From: Ranitomeya imitator
Lineage: Eukaryota
Assembly (NCBI RefSeq): GCF_032444005.1
Contig: NC_091284.1
Coordinates: 181,102,001-181,166,000 of the forward strand
DNA: 64,000 bases
Direction of reading: 5' to 3'
The notes under the pieces were generated by a model that saw only the letters and a list, made by a program, of their open reading frames with translations, did not search any database and had not been told where the DNA came from. Shown in pieces: positions 1-10,560 of the stretch; positions within the stretch are counted from its first letter, which is position 1, and each line of letters opens with the position of its first letter. A program made the position numbers and the translations under genes.

Positions 1-14
1 ATAGACAGAATTTT

Positions 15-28
15 AATTTTAGTATATA
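15..28. repeat. Left copy of 14-bp target-site duplication (AATTTTAGTATATA) flanking the PLE dimer
   Basis: Identical 14-mer at 15-28 and 9228-9241, directly outside the two outer PLE ends. Confidence 0.8.
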
Positions 29-226
29 TAAATGACCAGGGTCACCCGCACACAATATCAGCTGGTGCTTAGGAAGAAAAAAATAGTACAATGTAATAGA
101 ACAACCTCCAGCACTCTTATAAGAAAAAAGTAAAGAAGTCTTGTATCCAATGATGAATTCTTTATTATTATAATTATTTGTTCTGGGAGTTCACAGCCAT
201 GACAACAGGATATAACAGAAAATTTT

Positions 227-263
227 CCCAACGTTTCGACCATAAAATGGTCTTTGTCAAGGG
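227..263 (-). ncRNA. Minimal type I hammerhead-ribozyme-like motif (U3/A8 core variant) in PLE 3' region
   Basis: Minus strand reads CCC-UUGACAA-A-GACCAU(UUU)AUGGUC-GAAA-CGU-U-GGG: 3-bp stem I, 6-bp stem II, palindromic ACGU stem III. Confidence 0.65.
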
Positions 264-1618
264 TACAATCTATATAAAAAAACATAGTACAGTATATGTA
301 CAAAACAATATGGATCAATCATATGTAAAAGGAAAAAAAATTAAATAAGCGCAAAAAGGTCAATGCTACTGTTACATAATAACTATAAATTTGCATATTA
401 TGTGAACTCTAAAAAGGAAAAGAAAAAATTATATGAATAAAAATGTGTATATATACATAAGATATATTATAATAAGGCCAATAAACATTATATGTTCTCC
501 AATCTAGAATATATGTGGGCAAAAGAAAACGCGGTTCATTAAACCAATATATCAAAATAACTAATAAATAATAATAAATATAGTCCCATTAGAGGTCAGT
601 ACCGTGAAAGACCGGGCAAAAAATAAACATAAACTGATAGAATTAGCTGGTCGCTTTGCAATACACAGGTACTAAACAAATTTCATAGCATATCAGCCGC
701 GATATAAGTGAACAATAGAGAGCTAATGGAAATGTATCCCCAACAAAGGGCCCAGAAAACCAAAAGAAAAGAAATAAACTGCAGGCAAAATGGATCCAAA
801 TGTGCTATAGGAGTAATAATAGTTACCTGTATAAGAAAACAAGATTCCAGACAGCAGTCCCAGAGCAGTAGTATACCGGCGTGCGGAAGGACCTTATATA
901 GGGCAGTGATGCAATATCCTGCCTATCATGTGATGAAGCCGAGAAGTCCCGAAACAAGCCGAGATGGGACACAAAGTAGAGCGCATGCGTCGTAGCAATA
1001 GAGCCGGAGACATCCGAAAAGAGCCGAAGAAAACGGAGAAAGAGAAAAAGGAAGGAGAAAGAACTGCGCAAGCGCAGAGAGATAAGGTGCCGCAGAGAAG
1101 TGCGCATGCGTCATAGCATAGAACCGGAGACATCCGAAAAGAGCCGAAGAGCGCGGCGAAAGAGAAGGAGGAAAAGAGAGGGCTGCGCAGCCGCAGAAAA
1201 TTAAGGAGCCGCTAATAGATTCAAGAAATAGGATAAGGTGAAGAGGTAAAAACTACTTGGGAAAGAGCTAAATAAGAAGAGAGGGAAAAAGGAAAAGGGT
1301 ATAAACAGGAAGAGCAGAAAAGGAAAAAGGGAAAAGAAACAAGAAAGACATGCCCAAAGAAAGGGGGGATACATTACCAGTGCATCAAGAAACCTATGAT
1401 AATAAGAACAAAACAAAAAGGAGAAATTATTATACACAAAAACTAGACAATGTGACATATGACAAATGACAATACATTTAGTAGCTAATCTCATACTCCC
1501 TATTCAGTCCCCACGGTTCCAGTGTTTGTAATGTAAAAATCCAATAAGATTCCCTAGATTTCAGCCTCTTGATCCTGTCTCCTCCTCATCTGGGCAAAGC
1601 TACACACTCTATCACCTG

Positions 1619-3964
1619 TTATTTCAATTGTGACACATTGTGTCCAGCGGCGGCAAAGTGTGCTGGGATAGGCAACATGAGTTTTTGACACCTAATGGTG
1701 GATTTGTGCTGAGATATGCGGTCTCGGATATGTTGGGTAGTCTCCCCAACATATCCGAGACCGCAAGGACACTTGATCAAATATACAACATAAGAAGAAT
1801 TGCATGTAAAAAAACCATTTATATTAAACAACTTTCCAGACCGGGGGTGTGAGAAGGTCTTGCCCTTTGTAATGTTCGAACATTGCAAACAATGAAGACA
1901 AGGGAACGTGCCCCATTTCTGAGTAACAAGAGTCCTCTGTGTGTAATGGGGTTTGTCAGAACCAATGTCAGCTCTCACCAAAAGATTTCTAAGATTAGAA
2001 GGTTTTTTGTAACACATAATAGGGGTGTCATTGAATTCGGGTATATTAGGATAAGCTTTGCCTAGTAAATCCCAATGACGTAAGACACAATTTTTTATCT
2101 TATAAAGATATGGATGGAATGTGCTGACAAAGGGTATTCTCTGTCTCCCCAGACTTTCTTTGTTGCTCATAATATTAGTTCTGGCCTTTTGAAGTGTTCT
2201 CAAAGGATAGCCACGTTGTAAGAATTTAACTGACATCTCCTGATATCGCACGGTCTGTTTACCCTCATTAGGTATTATCCGAGATAATCGGTGATATTGA
2301 GAAGTGGGTAAAGACTGTTTAACATGTCGGGGGTGACAACTGCTATGATGCAATAAACTGTTCTTGTCGGTTGGTTTACAGTATAGGTCCACATCAAGAT
2401 TACCATCAGCTTCTAATGTAATCATTGTATCCAAAAAATTGATGGATATTGCGCTCTTCTGCATAGAAAATGACAAATTGGGAACACAGGAATTCATATC
2501 ACTTATGAACTGAAGGAGAAGATCCTCCTCCCCCTTCCAAATCATAAAAACATCATCTATATACCGTTTCCAGTATATAGAATGTGTTTGGAATAGTGAA
2601 TGTGTATAAACGTAACTTTCCTCGAAAGCCGCCATGAAAATGTTCGCATATGGTGGTGCCATGTTTGAACCCATGGCCGTCCCGGTTTTTTGTATATAGT
2701 ATTGATCGCCAAACAAGAAAAAATTCTTATGTAAGACCAGAAACAATAAATCCACACAAAACTGGAGTTGATCAGGAGAAAAATTGGTGTGTTTGGTCAA
2801 GAACCATTGGACTGCCTCAATACCCCTTTGATGGTTAATACACGTATACAGACTATTCACATCTAACGTAACAAGTGTACACCCAGAGGCCACCGGAGTG
2901 ATGGCATGTAATTTAGAAAGAAAATCTGTAGTGTCTTTAAGATACGAAGAAATGTTCTGTAGTAAGGGAGTAAGAATATGGTCCAGGGTAATAGCAAGAG
3001 GAGAGAGAAGTGAATTAGTTGATGCCACGATGGGTCGTCCTGGTGGGTTCATTAAGTCCTTATGCACTTTCGGCAATATGTAAAACACCGGTGTCATAGG
3101 TTGAGTATTGATAAGGTATTCACTTAGTTTAACATCAATCGTACCTTTACCTTTATATTTTTCCACAATCTGGCGTATCTCTCTCGCTACATCAAAAGTA
3201 GGATCTCGATCAATTGGCTGATAAGTAGTTCCATCACTAAGTTGTGTTTGTATGATAGATGTATAATGGGATTTGTACATGACAACTATAGAGCCCCCCT
3301 TATCGGCGGGTTTAATTACAATCCGCATATTCTCTTTCAAACTCCTCAATGCATCTTTTTCTATAACAGATAAATTTCTATTTATACGCATTGAGCCTTT
3401 TTGAATGGATTTCAAATCGAATTCAACATCCCTTTTAACAAGTGAGATATATACCTCAATAGGATGATAAATACGTGGAGGATTATAATTACTTGGGACT
3501 CTGAGGCCTAATTGTTTCAAATGAAATGATGTTGCAGATTGACTGGGATTAGTAGCATCAGCAGTCCTTTCCTCAACTGGATTACTGTTAAAGTGTACTT
3601 TGAGTCTTAGAGACCTAAAAAATCGGTGTAACTCTTGATCTAATGTAAAACCGTTAAAGGAGGGGGTGGGGCAGAATGATAGTCCTTTTTGTAGGACATT
3701 GTATTCAGTGGGTGAGAGATTATAGGATGGTATATTGTAGACAATCTGGTTGTCCCTACCTGAGATCGTGTGCGTATCCGTGAACTCTCGAAGATTGTAT
3801 TGTCTGCGACCCCTCCTCGTCGGCTTTTTGTACTTTTCCCCGGCCTCTGCTCTAAAAAAGGAAGGGGAGTACGAGACACAAATTCGCTTTCGGAACCTGA
3901 TGACGTTGAAGAGTTGCCACGACGGTAACTCCTTCTTTCCTTGTAATAATTTGAGTCCCGCCAT
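1619..3964 (-). CDS. PLE ORF2: reverse transcriptase + Cys linker + GIY-YIG endonuclease (C-terminus cut by nonsense codons)
   Basis: 781-aa ORF with NLSPTEYNVLQKGLSFCP, IKPADKGG, GTAMGSNMAP and RYIDD motifs. TAT>TAA at 1619-1621 and CGA>TGA further on, relative to copy 2. The conserved tail WIFTLQTLEPWGLNREY continues to about 1490. Confidence 0.9.
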   Translation of the reverse strand: MAGLKLLQGKKELPSWQLFNVIRFRKRICVSYSPSFFRAEAGEKYKKPTRRGRRQYNLREFTDTHTISGRDNQIVYNIPSYNLSPTEYNVLQKGLSFCPTPSFNGFTLDQELHRFFRSLRLKVHFNSNPVEERTADATNPSQSATSFHLKQLGLRVPSNYNPPRIYHPIEVYISLVKRDVEFDLKSIQKGSMRINRNLSVIEKDALRSLKENMRIVIKPADKGGSIVVMYKSHYTSIIQTQLSDGTTYQPIDRDPTFDVAREIRQIVEKYKGKGTIDVKLSEYLINTQPMTPVFYILPKVHKDLMNPPGRPIVASTNSLLSPLAITLDHILTPLLQNISSYLKDTTDFLSKLHAITPVASGCTLVTLDVNSLYTCINHQRGIEAVQWFLTKHTNFSPDQLQFCVDLLFLVLHKNFFLFGDQYYIQKTGTAMGSNMAPPYANIFMAAFEESYVYTHSLFQTHSIYWKRYIDDVFMIWKGEEDLLLQFISDMNSCVPNLSFSMQKSAISINFLDTMITLEADGNLDVDLYCKPTDKNSLLHHSSCHPRHVKQSLPTSQYHRLSRIIPNEGKQTVRYQEMSVKFLQRGYPLRTLQKARTNIMSNKESLGRQRIPFVSTFHPYLYKIKNCVLRHWDLLGKAYPNIPEFNDTPIMCYKKPSNLRNLLVRADIGSDKPHYTQRTLVTQKWGTFPCLHCLQCSNITKGKTFSHPRSGKLFNINGFFTCNSSYVVYLIKCPCGLGYVGETTQHIRDRISQHKSTIRCQKLMLPIPAHFAAAGHNVSQLK

Positions 3965-4485
3965 CTACAGACTTGTTCCCGGTGATAGTCCTCAGCGTCG
4001 CGCAAGAATTTGGATCGTTTTCTCTCTTGAAGTTGGGATCTGAATTCCTCAATAGTCTTGTTAGTTTTCTGTAAAATAAAGTCAAATTTATCCATAGTTA
4101 ATGTACTACTCAGTTGTTGTTGAATAGAGGTGATCTGTTCCTTGATCGTTGAAAGTTCCTTATGGAGATACTCAATGGTGAGAATGATTATGTCCATAGA
4201 GCATTTGTTCAAAATGCTTTCGAATTTCTGGCAAAAATCCGGTTTATCCTGGAAGAGTGTGGGTCTGAGGGAGACTCGAAGTCCTCTAGGTATCCTCTTG
4301 ACCTTATGATATTCAGCTAATGTCACATAGTGTAGTTCAAGAGCTGTTTTCCTTCTTAGCTCTCTCTCCAAATCACGGGATCTGATCTCTTCTGAAGGGG
4401 TATGTAAAAATTCCCCTGAAATAGTAACACGAGAGATGATTTCTTCTGGCTCTGCTGGGCCATAAGATAAAGTATTAAATGACAT
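3640..4485 (-). CDS. PLE ORF1: 281-aa helical/coiled-coil protein with basic, Ser-rich tail; overlaps ORF2
   Basis: ATG-initiated open frame inside the element boundary; amphipathic segment (LHKELSTIKEQITSIQQQLSS); its 3' part is conserved in frame in copy 2 (4567-4932). Confidence 0.75.
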   Translation of the reverse strand: MSFNTLSYGPAEPEEIISRVTISGEFLHTPSEEIRSRDLERELRRKTALELHYVTLAEYHKVKRIPRGLRVSLRPTLFQDKPDFCQKFESILNKCSMDIIILTIEYLHKELSTIKEQITSIQQQLSSTLTMDKFDFILQKTNKTIEEFRSQLQERKRSKFLRDAEDYHREQVCRWRDSNYYKERRSYRRGNSSTSSGSESEFVSRTPLPFLEQRPGKSTKSRRGGVADNTIFESSRIRTRSQVGTTRLSTIYHPIISHPLNTMSYKKDYHSAPPPPLTVLH

Positions 4486-4607
4486 GTATCTGGTTTTCGA
4501 GGTGCAGTGAACCCAAAAAATTTCAAATATAAATGACCAGGGTCAGAGAGAAAACAATCCAAATTCTTGCGCGACGCTGAGGACTATCACCGGGAACAAG
4601 TCTATAG

Positions 4608-7600
4608 ATGGCGGGACTCAAATTATTACAAGGAAAGAAGGAGTTACCGTCGTGGCAATTCTTCAATGTCATCAGGTTCCGAAAGCGAATTTGTGTCTCG
4701 TACTCCCCTTCCTTTTTTAGAGCAGAGGCGGGGGAAAAGTACAAAAAGCCGACGAGGAGGGGTCGCAGACAATACAATCTTCGAGAGTTCATGGATACGC
4801 ACACAATCTCAGGTAGGGACAACCAGATTGTCTACAATATATCATCCTATAATCTCTCACCCACTGAATACAATGTCCTACAAAAAGGACTATCATTCTG
4901 CCCTACCCCCTCCTTTAACGGTTTTACATTAGATCAAGAGTTACACCGATTTTTTAGGTCTCTAAGACTCAAAGTACACTTTAACAGTAATCCAGTTGAG
5001 GAAAGGACTGCTGATGCTACTAATCCCAGTCAATCTGCAACATCATTTCATTTGAAACAATTAGGCCTCAGAGTTCCAAGTAATTATAATCCTCCACATA
5101 TTTATCATCCTATTGAGGCATATATCTCACTTGTTAAAAGGGATGTTGAATTCGATTTGAAATCCATTCAAAAAGGCTCAATGCGTATAAATAGAAATTT
5201 ATCTGTTATAGAAAAAGATGCATTGAGGAGTTTGAAAGAGAATAAGCGGATAGTAATTAAACCCGCCGATAAGGGGGGCTCTATAGTTGTCATGGACAAA
5301 TCCCATTATACATCTATCATACAAACACAACTTAAGGCCCCTTCACATTAAGCGACGCTGCAGCGATACCGACAACGATGCCGATCGCTGCAGCATCGCT
5401 GTTTTGTCGCTGGAGAGCTGTCACACAGACAGCTCTCCAGCGACCAACGATCCCGAAGTTCCCGGGTAACCAGGGTAAACATTGGGTTACTAAGCGCAGG
5501 GCCGCGCTTAGTAACCCAATGTTTACCCTGGTTACCAGCGTAAAAGTAAAAAAAAAAAACACTTCATACTTACCTACCACTGTCTGTCCCCGGCGCTCTG
5601 CTTCTCTGCACTCCTCCTGCACTGACTGAGCACAGCGGCCGGAAAGCAGAGCGGTGACGTCACCGCACTGCTTTCCGGCTGACCGACGCTCACAGCCAGT
5701 ACAGGAGGAGTGCAGAGCACAGCGCCGGGGACAGACAGCGGTAGGTAAGTATGTACTGTTTTTTTTTTTTTTTACTTTTACGCTGGTAACCAGGGTAAAC
5801 ATCGGGTTACTAAGCGCAGCCCTGCGCTTAGTTACCCGATGTTTACCCTGGTTACCAGTGAAGACATCGCTGGATCGGTGTCACACACGCCGATCCAGCG
5901 ATGTCCACGGGAGATCCAGCGACAAAAAAAAGTTCTGGACTTTGTTCAGCGACCAACGATCTCCCAGCAGGGGCCTGATCGTTGGTCGCTATCACACAGA
6001 ACGATTTCCTTAACGATATCGTTGCTACGTCACAAAAAGCAACGATATCGTTAACGATATCGTTATGTGTGAAGGTACCCTTAGTGATGGAACTACTTAT
6101 CAGCCAATTGATCGAGATCCTACTTTTGATGTAGCGAGAGAGATACGCCAGATTGTGGAAAAATATAAAGGTAAAGGTACGATTGATGTTAAACTAAGTG
6201 AATACCTTATCAATACTCAACCTATGACACCGGTGTTTTACATATTGCCGAAAGTGCATAAGGACTTAATTAACCCACCAGGACGACCCATCGTGGCGTC
6301 AACTAATTCACTTCTCTCTCCTCTTGCTATTACCCTGGACCGTATTCTTACTCCCTTACTACAGAACATTTCTTCGTATCTTAAAGACACTACAGATTTT
6401 CTTTCTAAATTACATGCCATCACTCCGGTGGCCTCTGGGTGTACACTTGTTACGTTAGATGTGAATAGTCTGTATACGTGTATTAACCATCAAAGGGGTA
6501 TTGAGGCGGTCCAATGGTTCTTGACCAAACACACCAATTTTTCTCCTGATCAACTCCAGTTTTGTGTGGATTTATTGTTTCTGGTCTTACATAAGAATTT
6601 TTTCTTGTTTGGCGATCAATACTATATACAAAAAACCGGGACGGCCATGGATTCAAACATGGCACCACCATATGCGAACATTTTCATGGCGGCTTTCGAG
6701 GAAACTTACGTTTATACACATTCACTATTCCAAACACATTCTATATACTGGAAACGGTATATAGATGATGTTTTTATGATTTGGAAGGGGGAGGAGGATC
6801 TTCTCCTTCAGTTTGTAAGTGATATGAATTCCCGTGTTCCCAATTTGTCATTTTCTATGTAGAAGAGCGCAATATCCATCAATTTTTTGGATACAATGAT
6901 TACATTAGAAGCTGATGGTAATCTTGATGTGGACCTATACTGTAAACCAACCGACAAGAACAGTTTATCGCATTATAGCAGTTGTCACCCCCGACATGTT
7001 AAACAGTCTTTACCCACTTCTCAATGTCACCGATTATCTCGGATAGTATCTAATGAGGGTAAACAGGCCGTGCGACATCAGGAGATGTCAGTTAAATTCT
7101 TACAACGTGGCTATCCTTTGAGAACATTTCAAAAGGCCAGAACTAATATTATGAGCAACAAAGAAAGTCTGGGGAGACAGAGAATACCCTTTGTCAGCAC
7201 ATTCCATCCATATCTTTATAAGATAAAAAATTGTGTCTTACGTCATTGGGATTTACTAGGCAAAGCTTATCCTAATATACCCGAATTCAATGACACCCCT
7301 ATTATGTGTTACAAAAAACCTAATCTTAGAAATCTTTTGGTGAGAGCTGACATTGGTTCTGACAAACCCCATTACACACAGAGGACTCTTGTTACTCAGA
7401 AACGGGGCACGTTCCCTTGTCTTCATTGTTTGCAATGTTCGAACATTACAAAGGGTGAGACCTTCTCACACCCCCGGTCTGGAAAGTTGTTTAATATAAA
7501 TGGTTTTTTTACATGCAATTCTTCTTATGTTGTATATTTGATCAAGTGTCCTTGCGGTCTCGGATATGTTGGGGAGACTACCCAACATATCCGAGACCGC

Positions 7601-7789
7601 ATATCTCAGCACAAATCCACCATTAGGTGTCAAAAACTCATGTTGCCTATCCCAGCACACTTTGCCGCCGCTGGACACAATGTGTCACAATTGAAATATC
7701 AAGTGATAGAGTGTGTAGCTTTGCCCAGACGAGGAGGAGACAGGATCAAGAGGCTGAAATCTAGGGAATCTTATTGGATTTTTACATGA
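4608..7789 (+). pseudogene. Disrupted RT/GIY-YIG ORF2 of PLE copy 2
   Basis: Split by the MITE at 5335-6080; TAG at 6860-6862; 3-bp deletion in KKPSNL; TTA>TGA at 7787-7789. Confidence 0.9.
5335..6080. mobile_element. PIF/Harbinger-type MITE, 746 bp, TTA TSD
   Basis: TTA at 5332-5334 and 6081-6083; removing it restores CAA CTT AGT GAT (QLSD) as in copy 1; imperfect TIRs AGGCCCCTTCACAT / GGGTACCTTCACAC; internal inverted repeats. Confidence 0.9.
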
Positions 7790-9047
7790 CAAACACTGGA
7801 ACCGTGGGGAATGAATAGGGAGTATGAGATTAGCTACGAAATATATTGTCATTTGTCATATGTCACATTGTCTAGTTTTTGTGTATATTAATTTCTCCTT
7901 TTTGTTTTGTTGTTATTATCATAGGTTTCTTGATGCACTGGTAATGTATCCCCCCTTTCTTTGGGCATGTCTTTCTTGTTTCTTTTCCCTTTTCTGCTCT
8001 TCCTGTTTATACCCTTTTCCTTTTTCCCTCTCTTCTTATTTAGCTCTTTCCCAAGTAGTTTTTACCTCTTCACCTTATCCTATTTCTTGAATCTATTAGC
8101 GGCTCCTTAATTTTCTGCGGCTGTGCAGCCCTCTCTTTTCCTCCTTCTCTTTCGCCGCACTCTTCGGCTCTTTTCGGATGTCTCCGGTTCTATGCTATGA
8201 CGCATGCGCACTTCTCTGCGGCACCTTATCTCTCTGCGCTTGCGCAGTTCTTTCTCCATCCTTTTTCTCTTTCTCCGTTTTTTTTGGCTCTTTTCGGATG
8301 TCTCCGGCTCTATTGCTACGACGCATGCGCTCTACTTTGTGTCCCATCTCGGCTTGTTTCGGGACTTCTCGGCTTCATCACATGATAGGCAGGATATTGC
8401 ATCACTGCCCTATATAAGGTCCTTCCGCACGCCGGTATACCACTGCTCTGGGACTGCTGTTTGGAATCTTGTTTTCTTATACAGGTAACGATTATTACTC
8501 CTATAGCACATTTGGATCCATTTTGCCTGCAGTTTATTTCTTTTCTTTTGGTTTTCTGGGCCCTTTGTTGGGGATACATTTCCATTAGCTCTCTATTGTT
8601 CACTTATATTGCGGCTGATATGCTATGAAGTTTGTTTAGGACCTGTGTATTGCAGAGCAACCAGCTAATTCTATCAGTTTATGTTTATTTTTTGCCCGGT
8701 CTTTCACGGTACTGACCTCTAATGGGACTATATTTATTATTATTTATTAGTTATTTTGATATATTGGTTTTGTGAACCGCGTTTTCTTTTGCCCACATAT
8801 ATTCTAGATTGGAGAACATATAATGTTTATTGGCCTTATTATAATATATCTTATGTATATATACACATTTTTATTCATATAATTTTTTCTTTTCCTTTTG
8901 AGAGTTCACATAATATGCAAATTTATAGTTATTATGTAACAGTAGCATTGACCTTTTTGCGCTTATTTAATTTTTTTCCTTTTACATATGATTGATCCAT
9001 ATTGTTTTGTACATATACTGTACTATGTTTTTTTTATATAGATTGTA

Positions 9048-9084
9048 CCCTTGACAAAGACCATTTTATGGTCGAAACGTTGGG
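9048..9084 (+). ncRNA. Minimal hammerhead-ribozyme-like motif (U3/A8 variant), PLE copy 2
   Basis: CCCTTGACAAAGACCATTTTATGGTCGAAACGTTGGG, identical to the motif in copy 1. Confidence 0.65.
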
Positions 9085-9227
9085 AAAATTTTCTGTTATA
9101 TCCTGTTGTCATGGCTGTGAACTCCCAGAACAAATAATTATAATAATAAAGAATTCATCATTGGATACAAGACTTCTCTACTTTTTTCTTATAAGAGTGC
9201 TGGAGGTTGTTCTATTACATTGTACTA

Positions 9228-9241
9228 AATTTTAGTATATA
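9228..9241. repeat. Right copy of the 14-bp TSD
   Basis: AATTTTAGTATATA, same as 15-28. Confidence 0.8.
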
Positions 9242-10399
9242 GTCACCTAAGGTAACTTTGCACTCAGTCTAAGTTCCCACGATGAGATTTTGGTGTATTT
9301 TTGATACAGCAAAGTTGGTGGGATATATAGAAATCTCCTGCCCAGCGTAAACTGACCTGCAGTGTGTTTTCAATATGCACAATGTCAATTTTTCTTGCGG
9401 GTATGGGGAGTTTTATGTGCAGATTTTCCCCATTGAGTCGCATTACATGTGGAGAATCCGCTAGGAAAAAAACGTACATGAGAGTTTAGCACGTTTTCAA
9501 AGCAGAAAAGTATACCAAACACAAAAATGAATGAAACGAATGAAAAAACGCAAGTAAGCTAATTTGAATAATACTTGCAAAAATGGAGCAGAAATTCTCC
9601 AGCTTCAAAAATTCACCAAAAAATAGGAATATAGCATCAAAGTGTTGATTTACAAAGCCTACTCTTGTTACGTAACAGCAATATTGAGTCTTGCTTTTCT
9701 ATTGACCCAGAGTTGTATTAAAAATTATTATGTGCATATTCTTTCACTGACCTTGATGTTAACACATTCACTACAATTTCTCTTCTGTTAGCTTATAGTC
9801 TTTGATTCTATTTGTAATGTCTGGTGTTACACAAAAGCATTCTCAGCCTCTGTAATAATTTCCATCAATTTCAATCCCAACAATTGTTTTCTGAAAGGGC
9901 CTGAAAACAATGCTAAAGCTGTGTTTTATTTAGTTTATATATAGATGATTTGTGTTTCATTTGATTACAGCTTGTCAATATTACAGTTAAAGGGAACCTA
10001 TCATCTCGGAAAACACTATTTACCTGCAGATATTGGGATAATCTGCAGCTAAACAGCATTATAATGCTGCCCGGCTGCCTTGCTGAAAATGAACTTACAT
10101 CTTCTCGGGAACACCCGGGTTTCAGTCATATGGATGTAATGGATCGGTTACCTGTAAGCATGTCCTGGAACTTTTTGTAAGATGGTGAGCATTGCTCAAG
10201 AAGACGTAGTGGCAAAAGAGAGTTGAATTTTATAAACGGGGTGGGCCATGTATATGGATACACCTAAATAAACTGGGAATGGTTGGTGATATCAACTTCC
10301 TGTTTGCTCAGGCGCCCTCCCTATGGTGGGGGAGCTCGAAATAGTAACCATCAACATGTCATTTGCCAGAAGTCCTTTTTGAAAAATGCGTGCTGTCTC

Positions 10400-10560
10400 T
10401 TTAAGAGACCGGAAGCGCGCGCGCGACCTAAACACTCTGCCTGAGAACCTGCTGGCAGCGCGCCAGGAAGCAGAGAAGGAAGGGAAGGCAGAGGCTGTAT
10501 CCTGACAGCATGGAACCTGCACAGAGCGGGAGTCCCAACTGGGAACCCGCGGAGGTACAG
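10400..10560 (+). promoter_or_regulatory. Possible CpG-rich promoter and short first exon of an unidentified host gene
   Basis: CCGGAAG (ETS-like) plus a CGCGCGCG run; ATG at 10510 gives MEPAQSGSPNWEPAE followed by a weak GTACAG donor; no downstream exons recognised. Confidence 0.25.

Larger units (their letters stand above)
29..4545 (-). mobile_element. Penelope-like retroelement, Neptune type (copy 1, apparently full length)
   Basis: RT with DKG and YIDD motifs, Cys linker CLHCLQC, GIY-YIG endonuclease (VVYLIKCPCGLGYVGET); 16-18 bp terminal direct repeat (TATAAATGACCAGGGTCA at 27-44 and 4528-4545); reverse-complement match to 4546-9227. Confidence 0.92.
4546..9227 (+). mobile_element. Penelope-like retroelement copy 2 (5'-truncated within ORF1, interrupted by a MITE)
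   Basis: Begins at the point matching about 4027 of copy 1; RT and GIY-YIG pieces at 4608-5351, 6065-6862 and 6887-7789; ends at the 14-bp TSD. Confidence 0.92.

Noticed and set aside
58-1494. Short ORFs in the PLE 3' regions (and mirrors at 7824-9235)
   Set aside because: Low-complexity, biased frames with no domain motifs; present twice only because the element is duplicated
7787-7789. In-frame TGA codons in the PLE copies as selenocysteine or readthrough
   Set aside because: The sister copy has a sense codon at each site (TTA, CGA), so these are private nonsense mutations
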